Shown one piece after another: positions 25,229 to 37,269 of a DNA stretch of 64,000 nt (the stretch's first letter is position 1; every line of letters begins with the position of its first letter). A program made the translations under genes and the position numbers. Origin of the DNA: Minutocellus sp. GHC0000111 (lineage: Eukaryota); NCBI GenBank assembly GCA_977018835.1, contig OZ361257.1, forward strand, positions 682,001 through 746,000. Direction: 5' to 3'. A model generated the notes under the pieces. The model saw nothing but the letters and a program-made list of their open reading frames with translations, was not told where the DNA came from and did not search any database.

Positions 25229-25399
25229 TATTGCTGTCTCCGTTACCTTCGCTACTTCGAGATATCACTACAATCCAGATCCTTGGAAAATGAGTGGGAC
25301 GTGCCTGCTGGGCGGGTTTTGCTTGGCGGGCTGTCCGGTACTGCAGTGCACTTCTTTGAACCGGTTATCTATCTTTTCTAGGCGGCTCTCCCGTGGAGT

Positions 25400-26593
25400 T
25401 CATGACAGAGACGCCGCAGTGCCGGTTCGTTTTTTTTCGTCAACGATGATAAAGTCCTCTTCATTCACATCGAAACCAAGAGAAAGCAGCTTATCAAATG
25501 ATGACTTTGCCCAAACTTGGGAGTATCGATTTCCTTCGTGATGCTCGATAAGAAGACGTTCGTAAAGAGTCTCTCTTGATACAGCGGTCGGATCATAACC
25601 TGCCTGGACCAAGTCATCAAAATCCTTACATTGTCTGTTCGTCAAAAACTTGACAATCAGATGCGCCTCTTCATCTTCTTCATCTTCATAACTGTCCTCT
25701 GGCCACGCCCCAAGCTCCTCCATTCTCTGGCAAAAGTCTTTGTTCCTGTTCCTCGCCACCGGTACATCAAACCATTCACAATTAAAGATTTTATGTACCC
25801 ACTTGGAGCTATTATCTTCGTCAATTATATCCTGGTAACCCTCGCGTGCTCGAAGGATCTTGTAGGTTTCAGTGACAGGCAAACAAAGGGAGAAATCAAA
25901 ATCGTATCTAATCGCATCTACGATTGGGAAATACTTGCACAGGTCACGGCATCGCGTACAAGGATTAGTAGGGTCTTCCACCCGCCGTTCACAGGAGTCC
26001 CGAGAATGTCGAACGACATCAGAGATACCTTTCAAAGATCGAAGCGAAGCAGGGAATGATCCGACCTTCAATGCACCTAAACATGCATCGACAAGGCTGC
26101 GGAAGATTTCTTTGTGGTTCGAAGGCTCGACACATGAGTTGGAATCATATGTGATTGGCCTATACTTCCCCGTCATTCCAACAAACACATCACAAAGCTT
26201 GGGAAAGGTCAAAAGGAAGTACGGGATCCGCGTTGCCACGTCCGAAGAAATACTCTTGTGTCCCCGTGTGGCCTTTGCAGCCGTCAATAGACAGACGACG
26301 TTGACGTCCTCAACGTTGGGGAATCGCAGAGACGCCTGACCACGAACGTTCATCTGCACGCCAGCCGTTATGTTGAGAGTCTGCACGTGCCGAGCAACCT
26401 CTTGCGCGACGAATCGGCCCGCCAACAGAGCCGAGCGGACCTCGCCATATTGCATGAAGTCGAAGATGCCGCCCATCGCGTCCGCAGGAAGGCGAGGCTG
26501 GTTTGGCTGGGTCGGCTGGGCGGTGGTGGCTGCGTTGCCGTTGGAGGAACCATGAGTTTGAGCTCCCGACGATGGAAGACGCGCATCATTCAT
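25400..26593 (-). CDS. Diatom-type F-box-like hypothetical protein
   Basis: N-terminal RLPADAMGGIFDFMQYGEVRSALL and a CxxC cluster. The last codons may be shifted by an A8 homopolymer; the alternative frame reads DEKNEPALRRL. Confidence 0.55.
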   Translation of the reverse strand: MNDARLPSSGAQTHGSSNGNAATTAQPTQPNQPRLPADAMGGIFDFMQYGEVRSALLAGRFVAQEVARHVQTLNITAGVQMNVRGQASLRFPNVEDVNVVCLLTAAKATRGHKSISSDVATRIPYFLLTFPKLCDVFVGMTGKYRPITYDSNSCVEPSNHKEIFRSLVDACLGALKVGSFPASLRSLKGISDVVRHSRDSCERRVEDPTNPCTRCRDLCKYFPIVDAIRYDFDFSLCLPVTETYKILRAREGYQDIIDEDNSSKWVHKIFNCEWFDVPVARNRNKDFCQRMEELGAWPEDSYEDEEDEEAHLIVKFLTNRQCKDFDDLVQAGYDPTAVSRETLYERLLIEHHEGNRYSQVWAKSSFDKLLSLGFDVNEEDFIIVDEKKRTGTAASLS

Positions 26594-27124
26594 CCCGGTA
26601 GAGGCCTAGGCCTATCTTATCTCGTTTATTTGTCGAGGAATGGTCGGGCTCGGGCCTTGGATGGCAGGTACTGATGAACGGCCGGGGAGGAGTATCCTCG
26701 AATCCACCCTCGAACCTCGAAGCGCAGCGATCGGCTCTCTGGCGCGGCGCGCGCGCGCCGGCCGCGCCGGCATGCCGCCAGATTATCTACGTCATCTGGA
26801 AAGTTTTCCCCGACGCCGGGCAGGCCGCAACTGAGGTCATTATTATTCTTCGTTCTTCGTAGCACAAAGGCAAGGAGGAGAGATTGCACGGAGAGGCAAC
26901 GGAGTGGTGTGATCGCATCATGTAGATTTTCTCCATACTTCGATTCAGATTCAAATTGTTCGCCATGCCTCGTGTTTTTTCGTGCCGGTGCGGTACCATG
27001 GTACATGCGCACTATGTGCATGCCGAGCCGTGCACTCCCACACCGCCACCACGTCCTTCACAAATCACACTCAACATTTCACCAAACACAATATTAGATC
27101 CAATAATCCCCTTGAGGATACCAA

Positions 27125-28365
27125 ATGGCACAATCGATTCGTAACATGAGCTTCACGCCCAATTACTCCTTCCTTGCAATCCCGTTCTTTGCTTGCGCGT
27201 GCTGGGCCTGGCACCTCGACGCTTCTTCGGCAGAATTTATCCTCGGTGCGTCTGGATGTTGCTGCTGCGTGATTGGCTTTGCATGTTCCACCAAAATGAA
27301 ACTACCGAGGCTATTCATCAGACCGCACGATGCTGCATACTGCTTCGCCTTCTTAGCAATTCTATTCTTTGCTGACGTATGCTGGGCCTGGACTTCCGGC
27401 GCTTCTCAAGTCGTAATCATTAGCAAAATTGTCTCTGGGAGTTTCTGCTGCGTGATTGGCTTTGTGTACGCTGTCAAGAATGCAAAGGCCCATCGTTCCG
27501 GTCTCGGCACTATCGCCGTTGATCCTAGCCTGTTCGATGATCCACCGCCGAGGCCGGATTGTGACATCTGCTTTCTCCCGATGCCCTTTCACGTTTGTCA
27601 TCGAACGAGCTTGCCATGTTGCGGAAATGAGATCTGCGGTGGATGTTTTTATAGACTTTATGTCGGGGTAGATGATGACGGCCCGTGTCCTTTTTGTAGA
27701 TCTAGCAGCACCGTGGTAGAGAAAATGCTTCCGCGCTTGGAGGAGAGAGTCAAGCGTGGTGACGCAAGGGCAATGGTTCACCTTGCGATGTACTACGAGG
27801 GCGGAGGAGTTGAGCTATCAGTAGATAGTGATAGGATACTGGACCTTTATCGTCGAGCTGCTGCTCTCGGCAATGCTGAGGCTTGTTATTTCCTTGGTGT
27901 GAAGTATGCCAAGGGCATATTGGTAGTGCGAGATGAAGAAAAGGCCCGAAAGTATTTTACTTTGGCAATCAAGAAAGGACACATTCTTGCTCGTTACAGG
28001 CTCGGTACTTTGGAGTACGTAAGCAACAATGTGGACCTAGCGGTACGACACTGGCGTGCTTCAGCTGCGGCTGGTTGCGCAGCCTCAATAAAAGGGCTGG
28101 CTAGATGCCTCCGAAGGGGTGTCATCAGCGAAGCGTCTTTTGTAGAGTCCAATCGAGCTTCGATCTAGTCTCGGAGGCGGAGCAGAGCGAAGATCGAAAG
28201 GTCTGGTCTTCGTTGATGAAGGAGGCTTTGAAAGAGCCGCAAAGCACTGGTAAGGCTTTGTTTGCATTGAATATGGTCATTTTATTGCTAGCTGCTCTTC
28301 ATGTGTACTATTCCATTAGAAATAAATGGCTACTACCAACTTTGGGGCGGATGCAAAAAAAGTGA
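27125..28365 (+). CDS. RING-like zinc finger + Sel1-repeat protein with a duplicated N-terminal TM module; frameshift near 28160
   Basis: CDICFLPMP...CCGNEICGGC...CPFCR followed by Sel1 repeats (AAALGNAEACYFLG, AIKKGHILARYRLG, AVRHWRASAAAG). The expected tail FDLVSEAEQSEDRK lies in another frame. Confidence 0.75.
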
Positions 28366-28584
28366 GTAGAGGTTCTCCCCGACACATTTTCTAATCTAGC
28401 TACGTAGTTTATTCTTATGAGTGATGTTCGTCTTCGCTGGCGAATGTACCACGGCACATGGCCCAAGAAAGATCCAACCGTCGTCTCCGCATTTATTTGT
28501 TGAGCTACATTTACGATAATCTCTCCGTTCGAAGTACCGAGGTACGTGACCAATCGTATGATCAGGCCTCCATCACCTCCCGCC

Positions 28585-31500
28585 TCAAAAGAAGGCGTCG
28601 TCGAAGCTCTGATTCGACGTGGCAGCTTCGCCTGCCGATGCCGTAGCAGCGTATGGATTACCGCCATCTGGTGCTCCAACATTGCCTGGCTGACAGTACG
28701 ACGATTGGCACATGCTGTAGCTGTCGTGACCTCCTTCCCCACATCCCGCATCGTCACGTGGCTTGGCGTATGGGTTTGCAACAGGCACTTGCACTCCAGT
28801 ACCGCCTGGCGCCATCGGCGGATGCCTCGTCTCAATCACTGTGGGAATGGCGTCATTGGGTTCGATATTGATGTCACCGAAACTGCCGCCGTCGTTGTCA
28901 AAGGCATCGACGTAGTCATTGACCTGACGATCTATCCCCTCTTCGAAGACGCCATTGCCGTCTCCCATATTCTGCTCAAAACAATCCTGTCCTTGTTCCC
29001 ATGCTTGAGGTTGCTGTCCAGCAAAGGGAGGAGGCGGGCAGCTGGTATATGAGTGTGAAGCGACTGACCCATTCATTCCCACCCCTGCCATCGCTTGATG
29101 ATAATGGCCATAGCCGGGGCCCATCGGATTGTATCCGAACGGACTCATTGCTGCCATCGTCGACCCCGAAGCAGTAGCAGGCATCATGGCTGCGGCGAAA
29201 GGAACCTGCACTTGCTGCATAGGCGGCATCGGCATCGGCATCGGAGCAAAAGAGGTCATTGGACGTGCCTGAGCCATGGCCTGAGCCATCGCAGCCACCT
29301 GTTGTTGCTGGTACGGATACTGATGCTGCTGCGGATGGGGGTGCTGTAGAAAGGATGGAAGAATGCTGGCACCCCCGCCTTGCATCTGCTGGCCAAGACT
29401 TTCATACTGGGAATGCGAAACTGGACCTTTACTTGAACCGGTAGACATGCCCAAGCCAGTAGAAGTGGCCATGGCCTGGTATTGCATCTGCCCCTGCAAA
29501 GCAGCCATTTCGTTAGCCTTGTTCCGAAGGAGCTCCGTCGGCGGAAGGGTAAGACCATTGGCACGACCTCGGCTCTTCTTCTTGGCGGTACTGAAACGCC
29601 GTCCCGTCGTTCGACCGCCAGCTACTGTTCGTCCAAACGAGGGCGGAATAAAACCAGTGTTGCTGTCGCGAGTTGCGCCATTGTCCGTTTTGGAGGTACT
29701 GCTGCTACGACCGCCACTCAGTGCATCGAGATTGGACTCGGCGCAATTGGGATCGAACTGAAAGGAAGAAAAGGGGTTCTCCTTCGGACTCCCAAATGCT
29801 CTCTTTTGCTATTGCAACAATAATAATGCGATGGAAGTGGAAAGAACACAATTTATGTGAGAGTGTGACAATGGTATTTGCTACGGTTGCAATGAAAATG
29901 AGAAGAAAAACACCGCCAAAAAGGAAAGCTGATACGAGCCTCTCGCTTACCATTGCAGCCTGTTCCTTCCTCTCATACCGCCAAGACGAATTGGGCCCTT
30001 TGTTGACGGCAGCTGTGGCGATAGTACCGCTATTACTACCAGTACTTGGACCGGACCCTCTTGGAAGACCACGAATATTGTTGGCATTGGGGGCTAGATT
30101 CCTCCCGCCGCCCCCAGCAGCCTCTTCGCGTCTTCTCTTCTGCTCCCTCCAATTCATAAACTTATTCCCCCCGGACCCTCCAACTCGCCCGTCTCCTTCC
30201 GCAGCGCTCGCTGCTGCCATGGCATTCGCACCGCGTTTACCCGTAGACTTGCCGTTCGACTGCTGCTGCTGCTGATAGGTATAGTGGGGAGTCGATGTAG
30301 TTCGAGAGGCGGGAGGGGGGGATGGAGAAACAGTGCTGGTACCCGCGTTGGGAGCAGAATCGCCCTCTTCCTCGCAGAGGTCGATGCATTCGTCCCGCTT
30401 CGTCGGCAATGGCCGACGTCCCGTGCTGGATTTTGCCGGATCTTTCCGGGAAGTTCGCATGCGGTGATCATCGACATCTTTGACGAGATCTCGGAGGAGC
30501 TTCTTCTCCGTCTCCTCCTTTTGAGACTTGGTCTTGGACCTCTTTGACCCAGCAGGTACTGCACCGCTCTTGTCATCGCCCTTTCCCGTTGTAGATGGCT
30601 TCGACTTGGCCTTTGCCTTACCGTTGCCCTTGCCCTTAGCATTCGACTTGGCCTCCTTGACCCGCTTCGGAGAAAGGTTGAAAGACGAACAAACAATGTC
30701 GTCATTACCGTCGAGCTCCAAGCGAGCGTCGAGGCCAACGAGACTGGCAACGAGGCGAATATAGATCCTTCCGAACCTGTCGGGACAGGTAATGCGGTGC
30801 TCTCCAGCCTCACAGATACGCTCCCGATTCATCAATAGACCCCCCGGGCGATCGGTATGGACCAGCAGAGTATACGACAAAACGTGGGCCGACCGATCGG
30901 CCCCACGACACTCTGGCTTGAGCTCATCCACGTTGCAGACAAGGGTGGTTGGCTGAGACGGATCGTTGAGGCCCTCGATACGGGCGGATACAGAAAGAGT
31001 ATTATCCAGAATCTTCTGGACAGCCACCTTTACGTCTTGTCCAAACGGCGATCGCTTCCCGCACCCCTGCTCGATTTGATTGCTCGTTTTGCCCAGCACA
31101 TCAGCAAAGTTGCGAATTCCTGCCATTGCCAGTCTCGCTACCACCTTCTGCCCGACGCCAGGAATCTGGTTGAGGACGCCATCGCCGGCACCCCACAAAC
31201 TCGTGGCGAGTGATCGACCAAGAAGGAGGCTCTCCAGAGCGACCTGGCCATTATGGCTTCCATTCACGCTGTACTGCTCGCAGGCTCCGATCATCCGACC
31301 AGCGTACTCTGCCATGTGATTCATCTCCTGGCGGAGAGTGGAATCGTCGAGATAAATCTGGCCAATGGAGCACTGAAGAAGAACGAATGCCTTTTCGGCT
31401 GGCGATTGGACGCGGACCTTGCTTGGGGCACCCTCGAGCTTGTGCTTGATTTGCTTGTGAGCGTCGTTGAGAATCTTCTTTTCAGCTCGGCGGATGGGCC

Positions 31501-34500
31501 TTTGGAGGCCCTCGATGTTGGAGAGCATGTGAAGGAGTTGAAGCGGACCAGAGTCATGGGGAAGGGCAATTATACTTTTCATCGCCTCGAAGTCCACCAT
31601 GTTGCGGCTCATCACGTGGCTTCCGGGCAGCGGCTTGATTCCCATGCCGTCACTCTGAAGCTCGATGATCTTGGCTCGATGGAGCTCCTCGAGGGAAGTG
31701 AGACACTTGTTCTGCAGGTAGGCATTCTGCTGCTGCTCCGTCTTGCCCTGCATCCCATAGAAGACCGGATTCTTCTTGATGCGGCTGAAGAAGAAGGTCC
31801 CCTTCACCCAATCAAGCGCTTGCGATGCATCGGTGATGACCTTCTGCGATACCTCGGTATTAATCGTCTCGATCAATCTCCCGAGTAGACGGCTTTCGAC
31901 GGTTTCCATCCCCATCGAGAGCTGTTCGTATCGCTTCTTGGACTTGTTGTCGGTCATAATCACGGCCGTTCCGCTGGTATCAAAGCCCGGCCTGCCAGCT
32001 CGGCCCATCATCTGGAGCAAAGTCCCAGGATCAATATCGACATGACCGACGCCGGATCCCCGCCACATGCTGGTACCCTTGATAACTACCAGATGGGCCG
32101 GAAGGTTCACTCCCATCGCCAGGGTGGAGGTTGCGCAGAGAGCCGATATCATCCCGTTGCTAAAGGCGTGCTCCACGAGACGTCGGTCCTGTGCGTCCAT
32201 ACCAGCATGATGATACGCTACACCTCGGAAGAGGCATCGTTGTAGAGAAGCGAGGCGAGTCTGATTGGCAATGTTACGAAGCTGAGGATTTACCTGAGGA
32301 GACGATCCGCAGGAGCTCGACAAGTCCGTTGCAAGCTTCTCAGTGTCTCTCTTGGAATGGCAGAACACGATGGAGGGGCGCCCATCGGAGAACTCGCGGA
32401 GGATGGAGGGAACTTGCTGGCACATCCTTTGGTCGAAGAGATACTGGTTCCGTCCGGCGTAGCCTTGCCCCGACACATGGACCGTTAGCGGTACGGGACG
32501 ATACGAGGAATCAAACGCATACGCCTCATTGGCTTCGACGAAAGCTGCGATATCAGCAATGTTGGGCAGCGTTGCAGAGACGGTTACGATGCGCATGTCT
32601 GTTTTCAGTGCCTCTTCCGTTGTGTTGGCGTACGTGGCACGTTGCTGCATATCCGAGGACGAAAGGTTGGCCTTGGCCTCATTGGATCCCGCTTTACTTT
32701 TTGCTTGGGCCTTTTTCAGCTGTGCTTGGTATGGATTCTTAGGCATGGCGGAGGTAGTAGAGACGGAAGAGCCTCCGCAGCTGCCAGCGCGAAGGCCGCT
32801 GCTGCCACCAATGCTACCGGTATCAGTATCTCTGTCACAACTCTCTCCATCACCTCGACCCGAACCACCAACTGATGACGAAAGACCAACTTGGAGGAAA
32901 AACTGAGACTTTTCAGCCTCCACAGTGGTGGACTTGGCACCATTCTGAGGGGACGGCCCGTTGGCGTCGCCACCGGGAGTCTCGCCTACATCCATACGGC
33001 TCTCCTTCTGCATATCCTCAACCTTCATCATCTCGATGAGTGCATCAAACGACGTCGACGATAAGGTATTGGACGAGGTAGCAGGTGATGAGGACGCCTT
33101 GGCGGAAACATCTTGGCCACGGCCACCGCCACGATGACTGGGCTGATGTCCACTCGCGGTACTGCCACGAGAGCGCTGTTCCAAATCGATCCGACGCGGT
33201 ATCTCGAGCACTTCCTCCTCCTCTTCGTCGGAGGACGACGAGTCCACCACCTCCACGATACCATCCGTCCCACCACTGGCCAACGACTTCTTGGTGAGGG
33301 CCGCGAATTTGTCATCCCCACTTTTGGTATTGCGGGTCCGAACGTCCAGCCGACGACGGGTAGCGGCGGCCTTCTTCGTGGCGCTTTTCTTCTTCCCAAA
33401 CTTGGCGTCGCCATCACCGTCGGAACCAGAATCTGAAGTTGACGAGGAAGATGATGAGCTTGATGACGACGAGGAACAACTAGACGAAGACACAGATGAG
33501 ACATCATCATCTTGATCGACCTTCTTCTTCTGGCCAGTACGACCACTGTTCGCAGCACCTCGCTTCTTGATGGACGATACCTCGTTCTTGGACCTCTTCC
33601 CCACCCTGGTGGTGCCGGTGGGTTTGCCAGCAGCGTCATCCTCGCTACTGCTATCATCACTGCTGCTGAAATCATCACGGCCGCTACCTGTACGACCACG
33701 CAGCCGTGAATGGCCCTTGGCAGACCTGCTGCCACCACCACCAATTCCGTCAGCACCACGGTCGCCACCAACCCCAAAGGAGGCCCAGAAGGCATCGTCG
33801 TCCGTGTCGGTAGCAGTGTCGGTGTCGGTATCAGCACCATTCTTGGAAGGGTTGCTGCTGCCACCACGGCTGAGCAAGGATGCACTAGTGGACCCATTGG
33901 CATCGACATGGTCGTCCATCATCTTGGTATCACCACCGTCATCGGCATCCAGGGACGGCAAGTACTCTCGACCCTTATTATTGCTGCTTTCAAATCTCAT
34001 CTTCTCTCCACCCTCTTCACCTCCTCCATCCCGACCAGACTTGGCACCATCGCCATTCTCCTCCATCGCTTGATCTTGCACCTCTTCACCTTCCTCCTCT
34101 TCCAACGGAGATAACGACAGAGACAGAGATGATTGAGGAGGCGTGGGCGTCATACCCTCCATGGGCATATCATATGGCCGAGTCCGGTCGGACGATGAGG
34201 CCGAAGACTGTCGGGACGAAGGAGTACCAGCACTGTTGCCCGTCCAGTTGCCAATTGATCCTCCAGTTTCCTTAGAGTTCAAAGCCGTCATCGTTTTGTC
34301 TGCCCGACCTGAATTGGAACTTGCCGAGCTGATATTATTATTGTTGTTTCTGCTTCTACAAATACGAGTACCGGCAGCAGCGGCAGGCAGGGAGGTCGAT
34401 TCCAAGCCGGCCTTCTTGCTACCGCCACTGGGGCTACCACCGATGGATACAGAACTACTGGAGCTCATCATCGTCTTCTTCTTTCTCATCTTGTTCGGGC

Positions 34501-34909
34501 TGACATTCTGATCATCCTCATCGCTGCCGGCCTCCAGCAGCAGCTCGTCGTCTTCGGCCAGCAATTCGTCGTCGCTGTCGAGCTGATGGTCCAGCAGAGG
34601 GCTGCTCGCAGTATTGCTACCGCTGCTGCTGCCACTGCTTCCACTATTGCCAACGCCACCAGCTCGGCTGCTGGGTTTAGTTGTCATGATCTGGGCTGTC
34701 ACGGTGGCGTTGGTCTCTGCTGCTTCTGCCACAGAACAATTATCCTTTGGGTTGTTGGGCGGAGAGGCGGCGTCACTTTTTGTTGTACTGCGCCCAGCTG
34801 ATCGGCCGAGAAGATGGCTGCCGATTTCTCCGTCGAAGCCACCGTCGTCTTGCTCGTCCTCGACCGACGCGGCCGCCGCCAGCGAGAAGAACGGCGAGGA
34901 GGTGGCCAT
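28585..34909 (-). CDS. MER3: MER3/HFM1 meiotic Ski2-like DNA helicase with Sec63 domain, lacking motifs I-II; intron 29809-29950
   Basis: Motif III VSATLPNI, YRPVPL, IVFCHSKR, GVAYHHAG, ATSTLAMGVNLPAHLVVIKGT, QMMGRAGRPGFDTSG, TFFFSRIKKNP and a Sec63/HhH region. The intron joins in frame to a Q/M-rich tail ending at 28585. Confidence 0.85.
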
Positions 34910-35371
34910 TGCCTCGAAATGGCTGACCTCCAAAAGGCAAAGCAAGCCCTTCTGGTCGGTTGAGTGAGTCGAGTAAGTCAAGTCAAAAGCCACCGGAGAG
35001 CTGACAGGAAAGAGAGATGACTGAACATGGCTTGGACTATGGTGTTCCGATAGGAATTTGAAGTTGGGGTAGAAGCACATGTGGAAGCAGCCTCCTAATG
35101 AACCATACATTACACTAGCCTCATGTAATGAATGATGACAATATTTCCTGGCATTGGGATCTTCAGCTTTTTCCCCGTTGACGACGACAGACGGGGGAGC
35201 TGACCTACCGGTACCTGACGTCCCCGTAGACCGATCCGTGACAGCCGAGTACCGGTAAGCTGATGTTGTATTAGTTCGTCACAATATTCATTACTTTATC
35301 ACTGTTTCAATTCCACATTGCGCGGCTGTATCACATATAATATATACCGGCATGTACCGGGAGGTAGATCT

Positions 35372-36649
35372 TTAAAATGAGAATTCGACAGACGTTGCAT
35401 GCAGGTCATGGTTCAGCCAAAAGTTCACGTTGTAGACGCAAATCAAGCACAACATAAAAAATACGAGAACATTATTCAGCCACCAAGGACGACAGCAACG
35501 CCCAAAGTTCTGCCGAACTTTCAGCCTTACAGCCAAAGTAGCGGACGATTCATCTTCAATCCCAGTCACAATGAAGGTCACGTATCGCATCGTCTCTACT
35601 CCATCGCAAGCACTTGTGTCCATCGATCCTGCACGGCAGAAGGCATCACGGCAGCGCCAGCAGCGTGGAAATACATCAAATAAATGACTATTAGCCCCGT
35701 ATGTGCCCAAAATGAGTCCATTCATTGCATTTCCGTTGTCGGAGGTAAAGAGGACGCTCGGAGTCAAGGTCGTGTGATGAATGGCGACCACTGTCACCTC
35801 AACCTCTCCCAGGGCATCTTTAACATCACCTCCCAGAACGCCGCGTTCATCATTGTAACGCTGGATGTAAGTGTCTCCATCGGACGAAGCAAAATGTCGC
35901 AGCAAAGGCCATTTGGTCAGATCAAAACTGCTGAATTCGAAAAATGCATCCGGCAGTCCATCACTATCATCATAGACAACGACATCGTCAGACTCAACGA
36001 AATCACCGGCAAGGAATATGCGACGGCAGCCACTCCTTGCAGGCCTTGAAAATGCCATGTAGACGTCATAATCTCCACTGGTCAAGGCCTGGATATCGAG
36101 TACCATCTCGTTACCCGTCGGGCCTGTCGTCCAAACTTTCTGGACGAACTGCTTCATCAGCTGCCGGCGATACGGAAGGCAACTCCCGATGGCGCGATCC
36201 CGCGCGGTTGCTCCTTCCACCCTCTCGTCTGGATCTACCCTTGCCTCTTGCACATCCCACGCGTCGGAGAAAGCACTGCCGAGGCTTGCTGGCAGCGTTT
36301 TTGCCACCGCTGTCTCCAATTTGACGAGGGACGCCAGGTCAAGGCCCTTCAGACACATTGACCAAACATCGGACGGGAGACTATTTGGATCTACAGTACC
36401 GCATGCTGTCACTGGCGCGACTGATTCTTCTTTTTCTTCTTGAGGAATGGGCGGTGCTTGCGCTGGAGTTGGCTCGCTGGGCTTCCACACATACGCATCG
36501 AAGAAGGAGAGGCAACTCTGGAAAAAGCCAAGTTTGCGAAACGTGCAGGGAAAAGATCTTGAGGCGGAGGCGTTGATAATCCAGAAAGAAAAGAAAGACA
36601 ACAAGAGGATGGCGCCGCATGCAATAGGGTTCTGTAGCAATGGCATCAT
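35372..36649 (-). CDS. Hypothetical protein with an F-box-like motif and terminal hydrophobic segments
   Basis: 425-aa ORF with LPSDVWSMCLKGLDLASLVKL and hydrophobic N- and C-termini. Confidence 0.55.
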   Translation of the reverse strand: MMPLLQNPIACGAILLLSFFSFWIINASASRSFPCTFRKLGFFQSCLSFFDAYVWKPSEPTPAQAPPIPQEEKEESVAPVTACGTVDPNSLPSDVWSMCLKGLDLASLVKLETAVAKTLPASLGSAFSDAWDVQEARVDPDERVEGATARDRAIGSCLPYRRQLMKQFVQKVWTTGPTGNEMVLDIQALTSGDYDVYMAFSRPARSGCRRIFLAGDFVESDDVVVYDDSDGLPDAFFEFSSFDLTKWPLLRHFASSDGDTYIQRYNDERGVLGGDVKDALGEVEVTVVAIHHTTLTPSVLFTSDNGNAMNGLILGTYGANSHLFDVFPRCWRCRDAFCRAGSMDTSACDGVETMRYVTFIVTGIEDESSATLAVRLKVRQNFGRCCRPWWLNNVLVFFMLCLICVYNVNFWLNHDLHATSVEFSF

Positions 36650-37269
36650 GGTCGATGTGGTATGGTATCGATGGTATTGGCTCGGTTACTGGTCACCGAA
36701 TGCGAAGCTCGTGGTGATGTGTTTCGAGGTAGTCGATTGACTTGTGAAAAAATGAAATGAGACGCGCTCATTTTCAATTTTTTTGGAAGGGGGCACACGG
36801 CACCATCCTGCATGCAAGACGTGCCCCTCACGGCCGTGGCGATGCCGAGCTGAATGCTTCATCGTTGTTGGTGCGCACGTGCTAATGTGCTGTCATGTAT
36901 CGCACGAAGAATTTTTGCCCGCGAGGAACGGCCTGCTAAAATTGCAGAAAATGAGGCAGGTGGCAGCAATTGGGTGGCAGTGCTACGTACGTACATACGT
37001 ACTCGTACTGGTATGTAATACGTACGGCGTGGGCTGGTGGACGGGCGGCGGCGTCCGGTACCGCAGAAGCGTGTGGTGGTGGTGTTCGTCCCGCTAAGTA
37101 CAGCTTAAATCTATCTATCATAATGAAAAGTTAGAACCAAATTCGATTGAATAGGTAGCCTCATTTGCATCAGTAAGAACAAATATCAGTAACATAAACG
37201 AAAAATCGCAATTGTAAACATTGTAGGGTAAGATTGAGTGAGGGTGAGGTGAGGGTCAGTACTTGTAGG

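Noticed and set aside
26740..26780. GC-rich self-complementary tract as a structured RNA
   Set aside because: A short low-complexity CG run in a divergent promoter with no tRNA/ncRNA features.
33028..34511. Long alternative-frame and antisense ORFs overlapping MER3 (likewise 2333-2956, 15586-16335, 49384-50145, 59940-60728)
   Set aside because: Shadow ORFs of GC-balanced or low-complexity coding sequence, with no independent domain evidence.
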